Shown: piece after piece, positions 56,466 through 64,000 of the stretch
Numbering within the stretch: the first letter of the stretch is position 1
Layout of the letters: each line of letters opens with the position of its first letter
Assembly (NCBI GenBank): GCA_963737435.1
Contig: CAVTSI010000004.1
Location: 40,975 to 104,974 of the forward strand
DNA length: 64,000 nucleotides
DNA from: an uncultured Acidobacteriaceae bacterium
Lineage (GTDB): Bacteria > Acidobacteriota > Terriglobia > Terriglobales > Acidobacteriaceae
Direction of reading: 5' to 3'
Notes under the pieces: model-generated
Databases searched by the model: none
Told to the model about the DNA's origin: nothing
What the model saw: the letters and a program-made list of their open reading frames with translations, nothing else
Translations under genes and position numbers: made by a program

Positions 56466-57179
56466 TCAATCGGGGCGTGCGGAAAACTGCAATTCCGCGA
56501 ACGCGGTGATGCGCTCCAGCGCGGCCTGCATTTCGGCATGGTGAAGGTCGAGCGCCGCGTCGTCGGCGCCGGGCGGAACGAAGATGTTTTTCGCCACGCG
56601 CACATAGGCGCGCGAAAACGGTTTGGGGATGAGCATGGCGTCCCACGTCTTCAGGACCCAGGACTTCTCCACGGCAACGTAGAACGCAGTGATGGGGATG
56701 CCGGTGAGTCGCGCCAGCATCACCGGGCCTTTCTTGGCGACGTAGCGCGGCCCGCGCGGACCATCAATGGTGAAAGCCACCGCGCCGCCGGCTTTCACCA
56801 TGGTCTCCATTTCCATCAGGCCGCGCTGGCCGCCGCGCGAGCTGGAGCCGCGCACCGGCACGAACCCGAAGCGGCGAATCACGCGAGCGATGTATTCACC
56901 GTCGCGGCTGAGGCTGGTCAGCACTCCGATGTTGCGATTGCGGAACAGCCAAGTGGCCGGCAGCACGCAACGGTGCCAGAAGGGATAAATGCCGGGGGTA
57001 ACGTTGTCGAGGCCGCCAATGGAGCCCTCTTCAAACGTGATGGTCATACGCAGCGTGCGGCCGATGAGGCCCACCACCGCAGACGCTATCCACGAAACCA
57101 GCGCGATCTGTGTCCGCTGCGTGGGCGTGACGCGGAGCGGTTGAACTTCCCCGGCGGATGCGTTGGTTGAATTGGGCAC
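56466..57179 (-). CDS. DUF374-type lysophospholipid acyltransferase family protein
   Basis: GVLTSLSRDGEYIARVIRRFGFVPVRGSSSRGG...AFTIDGPRGPRYVAKKGPVMLA is the family signature. Confidence 0.8.
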   Translation of the reverse strand: MPNSTNASAGEVQPLRVTPTQRTQIALVSWIASAVVGLIGRTLRMTITFEEGSIGGLDNVTPGIYPFWHRCVLPATWLFRNRNIGVLTSLSRDGEYIARVIRRFGFVPVRGSSSRGGQRGLMEMETMVKAGGAVAFTIDGPRGPRYVAKKGPVMLARLTGIPITAFYVAVEKSWVLKTWDAMLIPKPFSRAYVRVAKNIFVPPGADDAALDLHHAEMQAALERITAFAELQFSARPD

Positions 57180-57219
57180 GCGAGAATTCTAACCTGCGCT
57201 GGATTTTTGATGAACGTGA

Positions 57220-57397
57220 GGTGTCATCCTGAGCGGAGAGCCCGCAAAGAATTTCCGACTCGCCTCCTTTGCGGGTCAGGCGGGCGCGCAGTCGAAGGAA
57301 CCCTATAGCGGCGAGAAATCACAGTGTGGCCGGTAGCGCAACCCGCAAGTCTGAGATTGCTGGCGGCCAAAGGGGGCCTTCGACTCAGGATGACACC
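57220..57397. repeat. about 180-bp inverted-repeat element of the GTCATCCTGAGC...TCGAAGG type
   Basis: GGTGTCATCCTGAGCG...GTCGAAGGAACC pairs with GGCCTTCGACTCAGGATGACACC. An inner hairpin CCCGCAAAG...CTTTGCGGG is present. Confidence 0.6.
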
Positions 57398-57430
57398 CCA
57401 AAATCATATGCGCTCATGAATAATCCAGAT

Positions 57431-58006
57431 TCACAGATCCATGAAGTTGCGAACGATTTGCCGGCCGTGCTCGGTGAGCACGCTCTCCGGATGAAATTGC
57501 ACACCTTCGACCGGGAACTTGCGATGGCGCAGTCCCATGATTACGCGTTCGCCGCCGCGCTCCGCGCAGGTGGCGGATATTTCCAACTCATCGGGCAGGC
57601 CTTTCTGCTGGACGATCAGCGAGTGGTAGCGAGTGACCGTCATGGGCGAAGGAATACCGCGGAAAATTGACTTGCCATCGTGCTCGACGGAGCTGGTCTT
57701 GCCGTGCATGAGGTTGGCGGCACGCACGACTTTGCCGCCGAAGGCTGCGCCAATGGCTTGATGGCCGAGGCATACGCCCAGCAGAGGCACGCGTCCCGCG
57801 AAATGGCGAATCAGTTCGATGCTGATCCCGGCCTCCTGCGGAGTACACGGGCCAGGAGAGATCACAATGCGATCGGGATGAAGCGCCTCGATCTCGTCGA
57901 GTGTGATCTGGTCATTACGACGCACGGACACCTCGACCCCGAGCTCCCCGATGCATTGGACGAGGTTATAGGTGAACGAATCGTAGTTATCTAAGACGAA
58001 GACCAT
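57431..58006 (-). CDS. trpG: anthranilate synthase component II / glutamine amidotransferase
   Basis: [16 protein letters not shown]...ISPGPCTP...LGVCLGHQ...GVQFHPES triad motifs. The ORF track adds 7 codons from a TTG inside the heptamer repeat. Confidence 0.9.
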   Translation of the reverse strand: MVFVLDNYDSFTYNLVQCIGELGVEVSVRRNDQITLDEIEALHPDRIVISPGPCTPQEAGISIELIRHFAGRVPLLGVCLGHQAIGAAFGGKVVRAANLMHGKTSSVEHDGKSIFRGIPSPMTVTRYHSLIVQQKGLPDELEISATCAERGGERVIMGLRHRKFPVEGVQFHPESVLTEHGRQIVRNFMDL

Positions 58007-58011
58007 AACTT

Positions 58012-58032
58012 CAGTTTCGAGTTTCAAGTTTC
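58012..58032. repeat. tandem heptamer, 3 units (minus strand GAAACTT GAAACTC GAAACTG)
   Basis: Covers the last trpE codons, its TGA stop (58026-58024), and most of the 17-nt trpE-trpG spacer. Confidence 0.6.
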
Positions 58033-59502
58033 GACACTCGCTTCACACGCTCTCAACAATGCGCTGGCCTTATTCATGCACTCCTGGTATTCGCTTTCGG
58101 GATCGGAATCGGCAACGATGCCTGCGCCTGCCTGAACATAGGCGCGATTGCGGTGCAGAACCATGGTGCGAATGGCGATGCAGGAATCCAGATTGCCCGC
58201 GTAATCGGCGTAGAGGACCGACCCTCCATAGACGCCGCGACGCACCGGCTCCAACTCCTCGATGATTTCCATGGCGCGGACTTTGGGCGCGCCGCTCAGC
58301 GTGCCCGCGGGGAAGCAGGCGGCCAATGCGTCCAGCGCATCGAGATCGCCGCGCAACTCCCCCTCCAGCGCGGAGACCAGGTGCATCACGTGCGAGTACT
58401 TCTCCACATACATCAGGTCGCGCACCTTCACGCTGCCGTATTCGCTCACCCGGCCCAAGTCATTGCGTCCCAGGTCCACCAGCATCACGTGTTCGGCGCG
58501 CTCTTTTTCGTCGGCGCGCAACTTCGCAATCAGCTGTTCGTCTTCGGCCGGGGTTGCGCCTCGCTTGTGGGTGCCGGCGATGGGGCGATATTCCAGCTTT
58601 CGCCCCGACACGCGCACCAGCATCTCCGGCGACGCGCCTACGACCTGCATGTCGTCCAGCTTCAGGTAAAACATGTAGGGCGAAGGATTCACCGTGCGCA
58701 AAGCGCGATAAATCTGAAACGGCTCGGCGGGCGACTTGAAGTCCAGGCGCTGGGACAGCACGACCTGGAAAACATCGCCGGCGGCGATGTACTCCTTGAC
58801 GCGGCGAACGCTGGCGACAAATTTGTCGTGCGAGGTGGCGTTGTGGACCTTGATCGGCTTCTTTCGCTCGCTGGTTGACCAGTCAAAATTGTGCGCGCGC
58901 ACTCCTCTGGCGAGTCTGGCCTCGATCGCGGCAATGTCGGCAAGCGCGCGATCGTAGGCTTTGCGCGGCGATTCGGCGCTGACGTCAGCCGCAGCGATGA
59001 TGTGCAATTGATGCCGCAGGTGATCGAACGCCAGCAGCCGGTCGTAAAAGGTGAACACGCAATCCGGCAATCCAACATCGTCCTTGGCATGTTCGGGCAG
59101 GCGTTCGAATTGCCGCACCATGTCGTAGGCAAAATACCCGACACAACCGGACGTGAAGGGCGGCAAGTTGGGCAGCGTTGCGGGACGATACTGCCGCAAG
59201 CAAGTGCGCAACAATTCGATTATGTTGCCCTGGCGGCGTTCCACCGAGGGGCCGCGCCGGATCTCCAGCGAACTGCCGCGCGCGGTAACAACCATTCGCG
59301 GCTGCGCGCCCAAAAAAGTGTAGCGGCCGATCTTCTCGCCGCCTTCGACCGACTCCAGCAGAAACGCGTATTTCTGCTTGGCAGCCAGGCCCAAGAACGC
59401 CCCGACCGGCGTCAGCAAATCGGCGCTCAGAGTTTTCGCCACTGGGATGAGCGAGGCGTCACGGCTGAGCTGCAAAAAGCTTTTGTAGTCGGGAGTCACC
59501 AT
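58024..59502 (-). CDS. trpE: anthranilate synthase component I
   Basis: [64 protein letters not shown] and [21 protein letters not shown]. Start ATG 59502 is chosen because a promoter-like -10 lies at 59541-59536. ATG 59550 and the ORF-track 59745 are alternatives. Confidence 0.9.
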   Translation of the reverse strand: MVTPDYKSFLQLSRDASLIPVAKTLSADLLTPVGAFLGLAAKQKYAFLLESVEGGEKIGRYTFLGAQPRMVVTARGSSLEIRRGPSVERRQGNIIELLRTCLRQYRPATLPNLPPFTSGCVGYFAYDMVRQFERLPEHAKDDVGLPDCVFTFYDRLLAFDHLRHQLHIIAAADVSAESPRKAYDRALADIAAIEARLARGVRAHNFDWSTSERKKPIKVHNATSHDKFVASVRRVKEYIAAGDVFQVVLSQRLDFKSPAEPFQIYRALRTVNPSPYMFYLKLDDMQVVGASPEMLVRVSGRKLEYRPIAGTHKRGATPAEDEQLIAKLRADEKERAEHVMLVDLGRNDLGRVSEYGSVKVRDLMYVEKYSHVMHLVSALEGELRGDLDALDALAACFPAGTLSGAPKVRAMEIIEELEPVRRGVYGGSVLYADYAGNLDSCIAIRTMVLHRNRAYVQAGAGIVADSDPESEYQECMNKASALLRACEASVET

Positions 59503-59535
59503 GGGATCGACGCGCGAGTTGCTGAGATTATTAGG

Positions 59536-59563
59536 ATTATACGGGAGCATCGCGAAGTCCAAA
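59536..59563 (-). promoter_or_regulatory. candidate sigma70-type promoter for trpEG
   Basis: Minus strand reads TTTGGA (59563-59558), 16 nt, TATAAT (59541-59536), about 35 nt upstream of ATG 59502. Confidence 0.35.
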
Positions 59564-59782
59564 CCATCCCAGCCAAACAAAAGAAGCTTGCGTGGGGCAC
59601 CCGCGCGGAGCCAATACGGGGCGCGTTGCCCGGTGGCCGTCACAATTGTCACTGACTTTCCAGAGAGATAGTGAGAACATAAATACAAAGCACGGACCCA
59701 AGTCTGTGCATCGCGCACCTCTTCAGAGTCGGGCCCATTTCTCAACCTTGCATTGCGTCGTCAACGAGGCAGGAGGTCTACC

Positions 59783-60016
59783 ATGCGAGATAAAACTGCA
59801 AGCGTTTCAACCGCGAAGCCCGAGCAAGGCTCGCTCGAATTGACCGAGGAGCTAATTCGTGTACGTGCGTATCAGCTTTACGAGAAACGGGGCTGTGAAC
59901 ACGGTCACGACTTCGAGGATTGGCTCGAAGCGGAAGCCGAAGTATTTGGAAAGAGACCCGCTGCTGCGGCTCAAGCAGAGGATACGAAAGGCGGGAGCAG
60001 GACGGCGGTCGCGTAA
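59783..60016 (+). CDS. DUF2934-family small protein
   Basis: IRVRAYQLYEKRGCEHGHDFEDWLEAEAEV is the DUF2934 signature. Confidence 0.7.
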   Translation: MRDKTASVSTAKPEQGSLELTEELIRVRAYQLYEKRGCEHGHDFEDWLEAEAEVFGKRPAAAAQAEDTKGGSRTAVA

Positions 60017-60205
60017 AGGCGGCCGTTGGCCACGTTCGTCGATTTCATCGTCGATTTCGTCAAGGGCACCCATTCTCCGGGCAGAACCACAGCCGGGGGG
60101 GGTGCTGGTCCAGAGCGAACGGAGCCCTGCGCTGAGCGACCACGGGTGACACCTTGGGGGTCCCCTCTCAGCAAAGAGGCAGTAGTTCCTCCAGTCGTGC
60201 CGCCG

Positions 60206-60331
60206 TCAGCCGCTCTGCTGTAATCGACGCTCCTTCTTTTTCGCCCTAACCCCCATGGCAAAAAGCACAATCATGGGAGCAAAAACCAGCACTGGTATTG
60301 GCCACAATACTGAGCTTAATAGCTTCCTCAT
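60206..60331 (-). CDS. possible 41-aa single-TM peptide (below the ORF-track cutoff)
   Basis: MRKLLSSVLWPIPVLVFAPMIVLFAMGVRAKKKERRLQQSG with GGTGA 4 nt upstream of the ATG. Weak. Confidence 0.2.
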   Translation of the reverse strand: MRKLLSSVLWPIPVLVFAPMIVLFAMGVRAKKKERRLQQSG

Positions 60332-60542
60332 ATTTTCACCTTCGCCACCTCAGTCCCGATGCCATCACGAGGACTCTCGGGAGACGCGCTCCCTTCCGTC
60401 CGGGCGTCACGGCAAAGCGCCGTGGCCAAATCCTGAGATGAAATGCAAACAACATCCGCGCTCAGCCCTTTCTCAGGGTTATAGACGTGTTTTATTGCCA
60501 ATCACAATCCTTCAGTGCGTCACACAAAAGCGGTGATCTGCG

Positions 60543-61139
60543 TCACAGATCGATGTTAAGGGTCGGAATCGAGATAAGCTGAGCGCCCTGCGATGCAGGT
60601 AACCGACCGCCGTTCGACTCCCCGGTGGGAAGCACACGCCCCCAGCCAGAATTCCCCACAGAGACCGATGTAGGTTGGGGGCGAATAGCCTCCTGCTGCG
60701 CTGGGGTCGAATTCTGCTGTGAACGGTTTTCCGGCGTCGGTGGCTTCGGGGCTGCTGCTGAAGCCGACCGCCATTCGGTTCGTGGTTCTTGCTCTTGCGG
60801 CTTCGGCTGTGACTGTTCCGTTTGCGGTTCCGGCGGTTCAGACGGTCGCGAAGGTGGCTTTCCCCGCGAAGGGTCACGAGGGACCTGCGTTGAGGTAGGT
60901 ATCGTCAGAAGTTGAAATGCGGAATTGAGTTCTTTGAGCTTCTCTTCTGCAATTGTCCTGAGCTTTTTGTCGCTCTCGAAACGGTCTGGGTGCCACACTT
61001 TCGCGAGGACACGAAATGTGTCCTTTATTTCATCGTCACTCGCGCCGTACTCAAGCCCAAGCACGCGGAGCGCAGCACACCTGCCGCATCGGGTGCCCCC
61101 CTTGGTTACCGCGTCACCGCAAGCGCAGGTATCTACCAT
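60543..61139 (-). CDS. J-domain protein with an N-terminal CxC...CxxC knuckle and a Pro/Gln-rich tail
   Basis: MVDTCACGDAVTKGGTRCGRCAAL, then LGLEYGASDDEIKDTFRVLAKVWHPDRF...KLKELNSAFQLL (HPD motif). The rest is low complexity. The ORF-track start 61316 would overlap the next gene. Confidence 0.7.
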   Translation of the reverse strand: MVDTCACGDAVTKGGTRCGRCAALRVLGLEYGASDDEIKDTFRVLAKVWHPDRFESDKKLRTIAEEKLKELNSAFQLLTIPTSTQVPRDPSRGKPPSRPSEPPEPQTEQSQPKPQEQEPRTEWRSASAAAPKPPTPENRSQQNSTPAQQEAIRPQPTSVSVGNSGWGRVLPTGESNGGRLPASQGAQLISIPTLNIDL

Positions 61140-61221
61140 CTGACTGTCCGCAACGCCGCTTGTTTGCTTACTGCAACCAGTGTAGCCGGGTTGCCCGACC
61201 CGATGCCAGCTTGACAGTTCA

Positions 61222-62133
61222 TTGGATCCCTCTTCGGGTGGCGATCTCGACATGAACTCCCACCATGCCGGAGAGAGCAATCCGCCAGCCTCGTTGCGGT
61301 CTGAGCGGAAGATCACCTACTGGAACCGAGGCGCTGAGAGCTTGACGGGGTATTCGGCTGATGAAGCAGTGCGAAGGCACTGTTACGACAATTTCTTGGG
61401 GCACGTCGATGAGAAGGGCTGCGCTCTTTGCACGAACGGGTGCCCCCTTAGCACTACGCTACTCGACGGACAGCGAAGGGAGGCCGATGTCTTCCTCAGA
61501 CACAAGCTCGGGCACAGAGTGCCGGTCGGCGTAAGGGTGGCTCCAATAACCAACCGATCAGGACAAATCGAGGGTGCCGTCGAGGTGTTCAATGATGTTT
61601 CTGCAAGAAAGCAGGTCGAAAGGCGGGTTCATGAGCTAGAAAATATAGCATTCCGCGACACTTTGACCGGTCTTCCGAATCGACGCTATATTGAATTGAA
61701 GGTGAAACAATCGTTGGAAGACCTGCAGCAGGTCGGGCGACCCTTCGGACTGTCGATGTTCGATGTAGATCACTTCAAGCAAGTAAACGACCGATACGGA
61801 CATGATACTGGCGATGCCGTTCTCAAAGTTATTTCGGAAACGATGACGAAAAGTCTAAGGGCAAACGACATTGTGGGACGCTGGGGCGGCGAAGAGTTCT
61901 TGGCGATTCTCTTGGATGTGGATGCTGGCCTGCTTCGCGGTTTAGCTGAACGCTGTCGTAGTCTGGTCGCAGAGTCGGGAGCCTTAAGCGGCGAATCTCG
62001 CATATATGTGACGGTCTCAGTTGGGGCAACGCTTGTCACCCGAGAGGACTCCATTTACGAGGCGATTAAGAGGGCTGACCAGTTGATGTATGTCAGTAAA
62101 TCGAGCGGGAGAAACACAATTACGGTTGGTTGA
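61222..62133 (+). CDS. diguanylate cyclase (partial PAS plus GGDEF)
   Basis: ITYWNRGAESLTGYSADEAV (PAS core), then RDTLTGLPNRRY...FDVDHFKQVNDRYGHDTGD...GRWGGEEFLAIL. TTG start at 61222; ATG 61252 is an alternative. Confidence 0.85.
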   Translation: MDPSSGGDLDMNSHHAGESNPPASLRSERKITYWNRGAESLTGYSADEAVRRHCYDNFLGHVDEKGCALCTNGCPLSTTLLDGQRREADVFLRHKLGHRVPVGVRVAPITNRSGQIEGAVEVFNDVSARKQVERRVHELENIAFRDTLTGLPNRRYIELKVKQSLEDLQQVGRPFGLSMFDVDHFKQVNDRYGHDTGDAVLKVISETMTKSLRANDIVGRWGGEEFLAILLDVDAGLLRGLAERCRSLVAESGALSGESRIYVTVSVGATLVTREDSIYEAIKRADQLMYVSKSSGRNTITVG

Positions 62134-62323
62134 GTAGCGTCACTGCAACAATCACACGTCCTCTCGATCTCACGTCACGCGCACTCGTGATCCAAGTCAT
62201 TGCGAAAGCTTTCGGGGAAGACTAGCCATGACCTTATAAGACATGGCACTTGTGTGCTGAGGCCTTTGCAACCACGAACATAGTGCCACAGAGAGTTTCG
62301 CTCGAATCTACTGGCATGAGGTT

Positions 62324-62887
62324 TTGCCGATCATGGAACCACGGAAGATGACCGAGACAGAGATCATCGGTCTTGTGGCCGAGGCTACCTCATGGGTAAA
62401 TCAGATGCGAGAGCGGTATCGTCCTTTAGCCACGCCACTGGACCAGACTCAAAAGGCGAAGATGAGGCTTTTCTTTCCCGCGGCGCTTCTCGAGCGCGTG
62501 TGTGTGGTCGATCTATCAGAAACAGATCTACACTTGCCGTACCCGCCTTTCTACTCCCGCGTGAGAGCTGAAGGCGCACGTGTCGTGCCGGACGCCGCCC
62601 ACCTAACTTCCATACAGTTCGTCGATCTAATAGCATTTGGACAAAAGCCGACTGATCGAACTCTATTTCACGCACTGGTGCAGGTAACCCAGTTTGCCAT
62701 ACTCGGTGTAGAGCGATTCATGGAGCTGTATGCTCGAAGGCTGAACGAAAAGGGATCTTATATCCTGATCCCGCTGGTGCACCAGGCTTATCAGTTAGAC
62801 AGTCGTTTCACTCAAGATCCCTCCCATGTCTTCTCCGTGGCCGAGGAGGTTCAACAATGGGCGCAGAGCGGACGATATGAGCGATAG
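62324..62887 (+). CDS. hypothetical protein (possibly a degenerate zincin-like fold)
   Basis: 187-aa ORF with no confident family. LFHALVQVTQF sits where DUF4157-like proteins carry HExxH. Confidence 0.45.
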   Translation: MPIMEPRKMTETEIIGLVAEATSWVNQMRERYRPLATPLDQTQKAKMRLFFPAALLERVCVVDLSETDLHLPYPPFYSRVRAEGARVVPDAAHLTSIQFVDLIAFGQKPTDRTLFHALVQVTQFAILGVERFMELYARRLNEKGSYILIPLVHQAYQLDSRFTQDPSHVFSVAEEVQQWAQSGRYER

Positions 62888-63091
62888 CTCAACGACGAGT
62901 CTTGTGAACACGCGAACTAAATGGCATTTTTGAGTTTCTTTGATCGCCATTAGCTATGCTGATTACGTTAATCTCTCCAGCAGTCGGAACGATGCCTGGT
63001 ACTCGAGAACTGGGCGCGGTGACCCATTATGGCTACCTCCCGTACGAGGTGGTAGCGCGGTGATACGAGTAACACGTTCGGCTGCTGAATC

Positions 63092-63475
63092 TTGTATCGC
63101 AATCCAAGAAAGGACAACGTGGACATTCAAACCATAGTTGCACAGCTCAGACAGGAAGCCCGCCGAATCGAAAATGCAATTGCAGCTCTGACGGGACTAG
63201 GTTCCCAACCCGCGCGGCGTGGTCGTCCATCTAAGAGGAGCCAGGCTAAGCCAACGAGTGTCAAGAAACGCCGCCGTATGAGCCCGGCCGCCCGTGCCAG
63301 AATCGCGGCTGCAAAGAAGGCCTGGTGGGCAAAGCAGAAAGGCAAATCTGGGCCTAAGAAGGGCACGGCCGTTTCCAAGAAAACAACCGGGCGCAAGCCG
63401 ATGAGTGCAGCTATGCGGAGGAAGTTGTCGGCGTTAATGAAGGCGCGGTGGGCGGAGCGGAAGGCCAAGGCGTAG
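63092..63475 (+). CDS. small basic protein with a coiled-coil N-part and a duplicated MSxAxRxxxxAxxKAxWA motif
   Basis: GTG 63119, preceded by GAAAGGA, is the likely start (VDIQTIVAQLRQEARRIENAIAAL). The duplicated motif reads RRMSPAARARIAAAKKAWWAKQKG and KPMSAAMRRKLSALMKARWAERKA. Confidence 0.6.
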   Translation: MYRNPRKDNVDIQTIVAQLRQEARRIENAIAALTGLGSQPARRGRPSKRSQAKPTSVKKRRRMSPAARARIAAAKKAWWAKQKGKSGPKKGTAVSKKTTGRKPMSAAMRRKLSALMKARWAERKAKA

Positions 63476-63667
63476 GTCAAGGCAAACTGTGCGTTTCTGC
63501 CCTGAGTTGGTCGGCTGACCTTGCATCGGAGGAAAAAATATGGCGAGTCCAAATCTGCAACTGATTCGCCTGATACTAGGTGAAATCGCGGGCACCTAGT
63601 AACGCCGACAGCGTCGGAGAAAGGATACTGCGGTGTCCCTCTTTCCAGGAATGACTTTGGCAAACGT

Positions 63668-64000
63668 ATGCCTCCCGGTTTCGGAACGATCCTAGGGCTG
63701 AAAGTCGGCCACGCGCACGACGACAAGGCGCTCACCGGGTGCACGGTTCTGCTCTGTGAACAGGGCGCGGTCGCAGCCTGCGACGTGCGGGGCGGCGCTG
63801 TCGGTGAGCGCGAACTCGAACCGCTCCGTCCCAGCCACGTCGTGGAGCGCATCCACGCGCTGCTGTTTGCCGGCGGCAGCGCCTTCGGGCTCGACGCCGC
63901 GGGTGGCGTCATGCGCTGGTGCGAAGAACGCGGCATCGGCTTCGAGACCGGTATTGCAAGAATTCCCATCGTGCCAGCTGTCATTCTCTTCGACCTGCGG
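63668..64000 (+). CDS. P1/S58 (DmpA-like) family peptidase, 5' part; continues past the window end
   Basis: ATG 63668 is open to the window edge. MPPGFGTILGLKVGHAHDDKALTGCTVLLCEQGAVAACDVRGGA...RIHALLFAGGSAFGLDAAGGVMRWCEERGIGF is typical of the family. It is absent from the ORF track because no stop is reached. Confidence 0.75.
   Translation, partial: MPPGFGTILGLKVGHAHDDKALTGCTVLLCEQGAVAACDVRGGAVGERELEPLRPSHVVERIHALLFAGGSAFGLDAAGGVMRWCEERGIGFETGIARIPIVPAVILFDLR

Noticed and set aside
59503-59745. Trp leader peptide or attenuator upstream of trpE
   Set aside because: There are no tandem Trp codons in any short ORF, and no terminator/antiterminator pair with a U-run. A promoter-like -10 lies inside this interval, making most of it untranscribed.
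59852-60073. Acidic ORF with a duplicated 12-nt unit (TCGTCGATTTC x2) downstream of or antisense to the DUF2934 gene
   Set aside because: Most of the ORF is antisense to a gene with a clear family signature. The duplication has only two units.

Overview
High-GC bacterial chromosomal window. By inference only, the gene content looks acidobacterial: many TPR proteins, a Ser/Thr kinase fused to a TolB-like propeller, a TonB receptor with a carboxypeptidase-regulatory N-domain, and a BNR/sortilin-like protein. Most of the window is housekeeping: ppk1, ridA, rpmB, rsmI, alr, rsmD, an M50 protease, lexA, xseA, cdaA-cdaR-glmM, polA, queA, trpE-trpG, and a two-component set. I found no rRNA, tRNA or CRISPR array. 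Accessory content is as follows. (1) A decayed REP-associated tyrosine transposase sits between two 58-nt inverted REP units (14.15-14.87 kb). (2) A mobile island at about 28-36 kb carries an IS91-type Y2 transposase, a tyrosine integrase with an in-frame amber stop, an MFS transporter, an integrase remnant, a USP plus ArsB-like permease pair, a 24-bp coding tandem repeat, and an IS630 element with an A7G frameshift site and TA duplication. (3) A 148-bp MITE-like element has a 5-bp target duplication (50.84-50.99 kb). (4) The block at 59.7-63.5 kb looks more A/T-rich by eye and holds orphan genes. Signals the ORF track does not explain are these: a recurrent family of period-7 (one period-8) tandem arrays rich in stop triplets next to gene ends; a cobalamin riboswitch upstream of the TonB-dependent receptor; a terminator-bounded, hairpin-rich non-coding stretch of about 290 nt; a direct-repeat candidate operator in the lexA promoter; and several Lys/Ala-rich histone-H1-like proteins or tails. 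Reading-frame breaks are clustered at 17.8-28 kb and 39-45 kb, while long genes elsewhere are intact. This points to either local consensus errors or real gene decay, and the sequence alone cannot decide which. I did not find a cluster I could defend as a complete novel multi-gene system. The heptamer-array family is the least explained signal.
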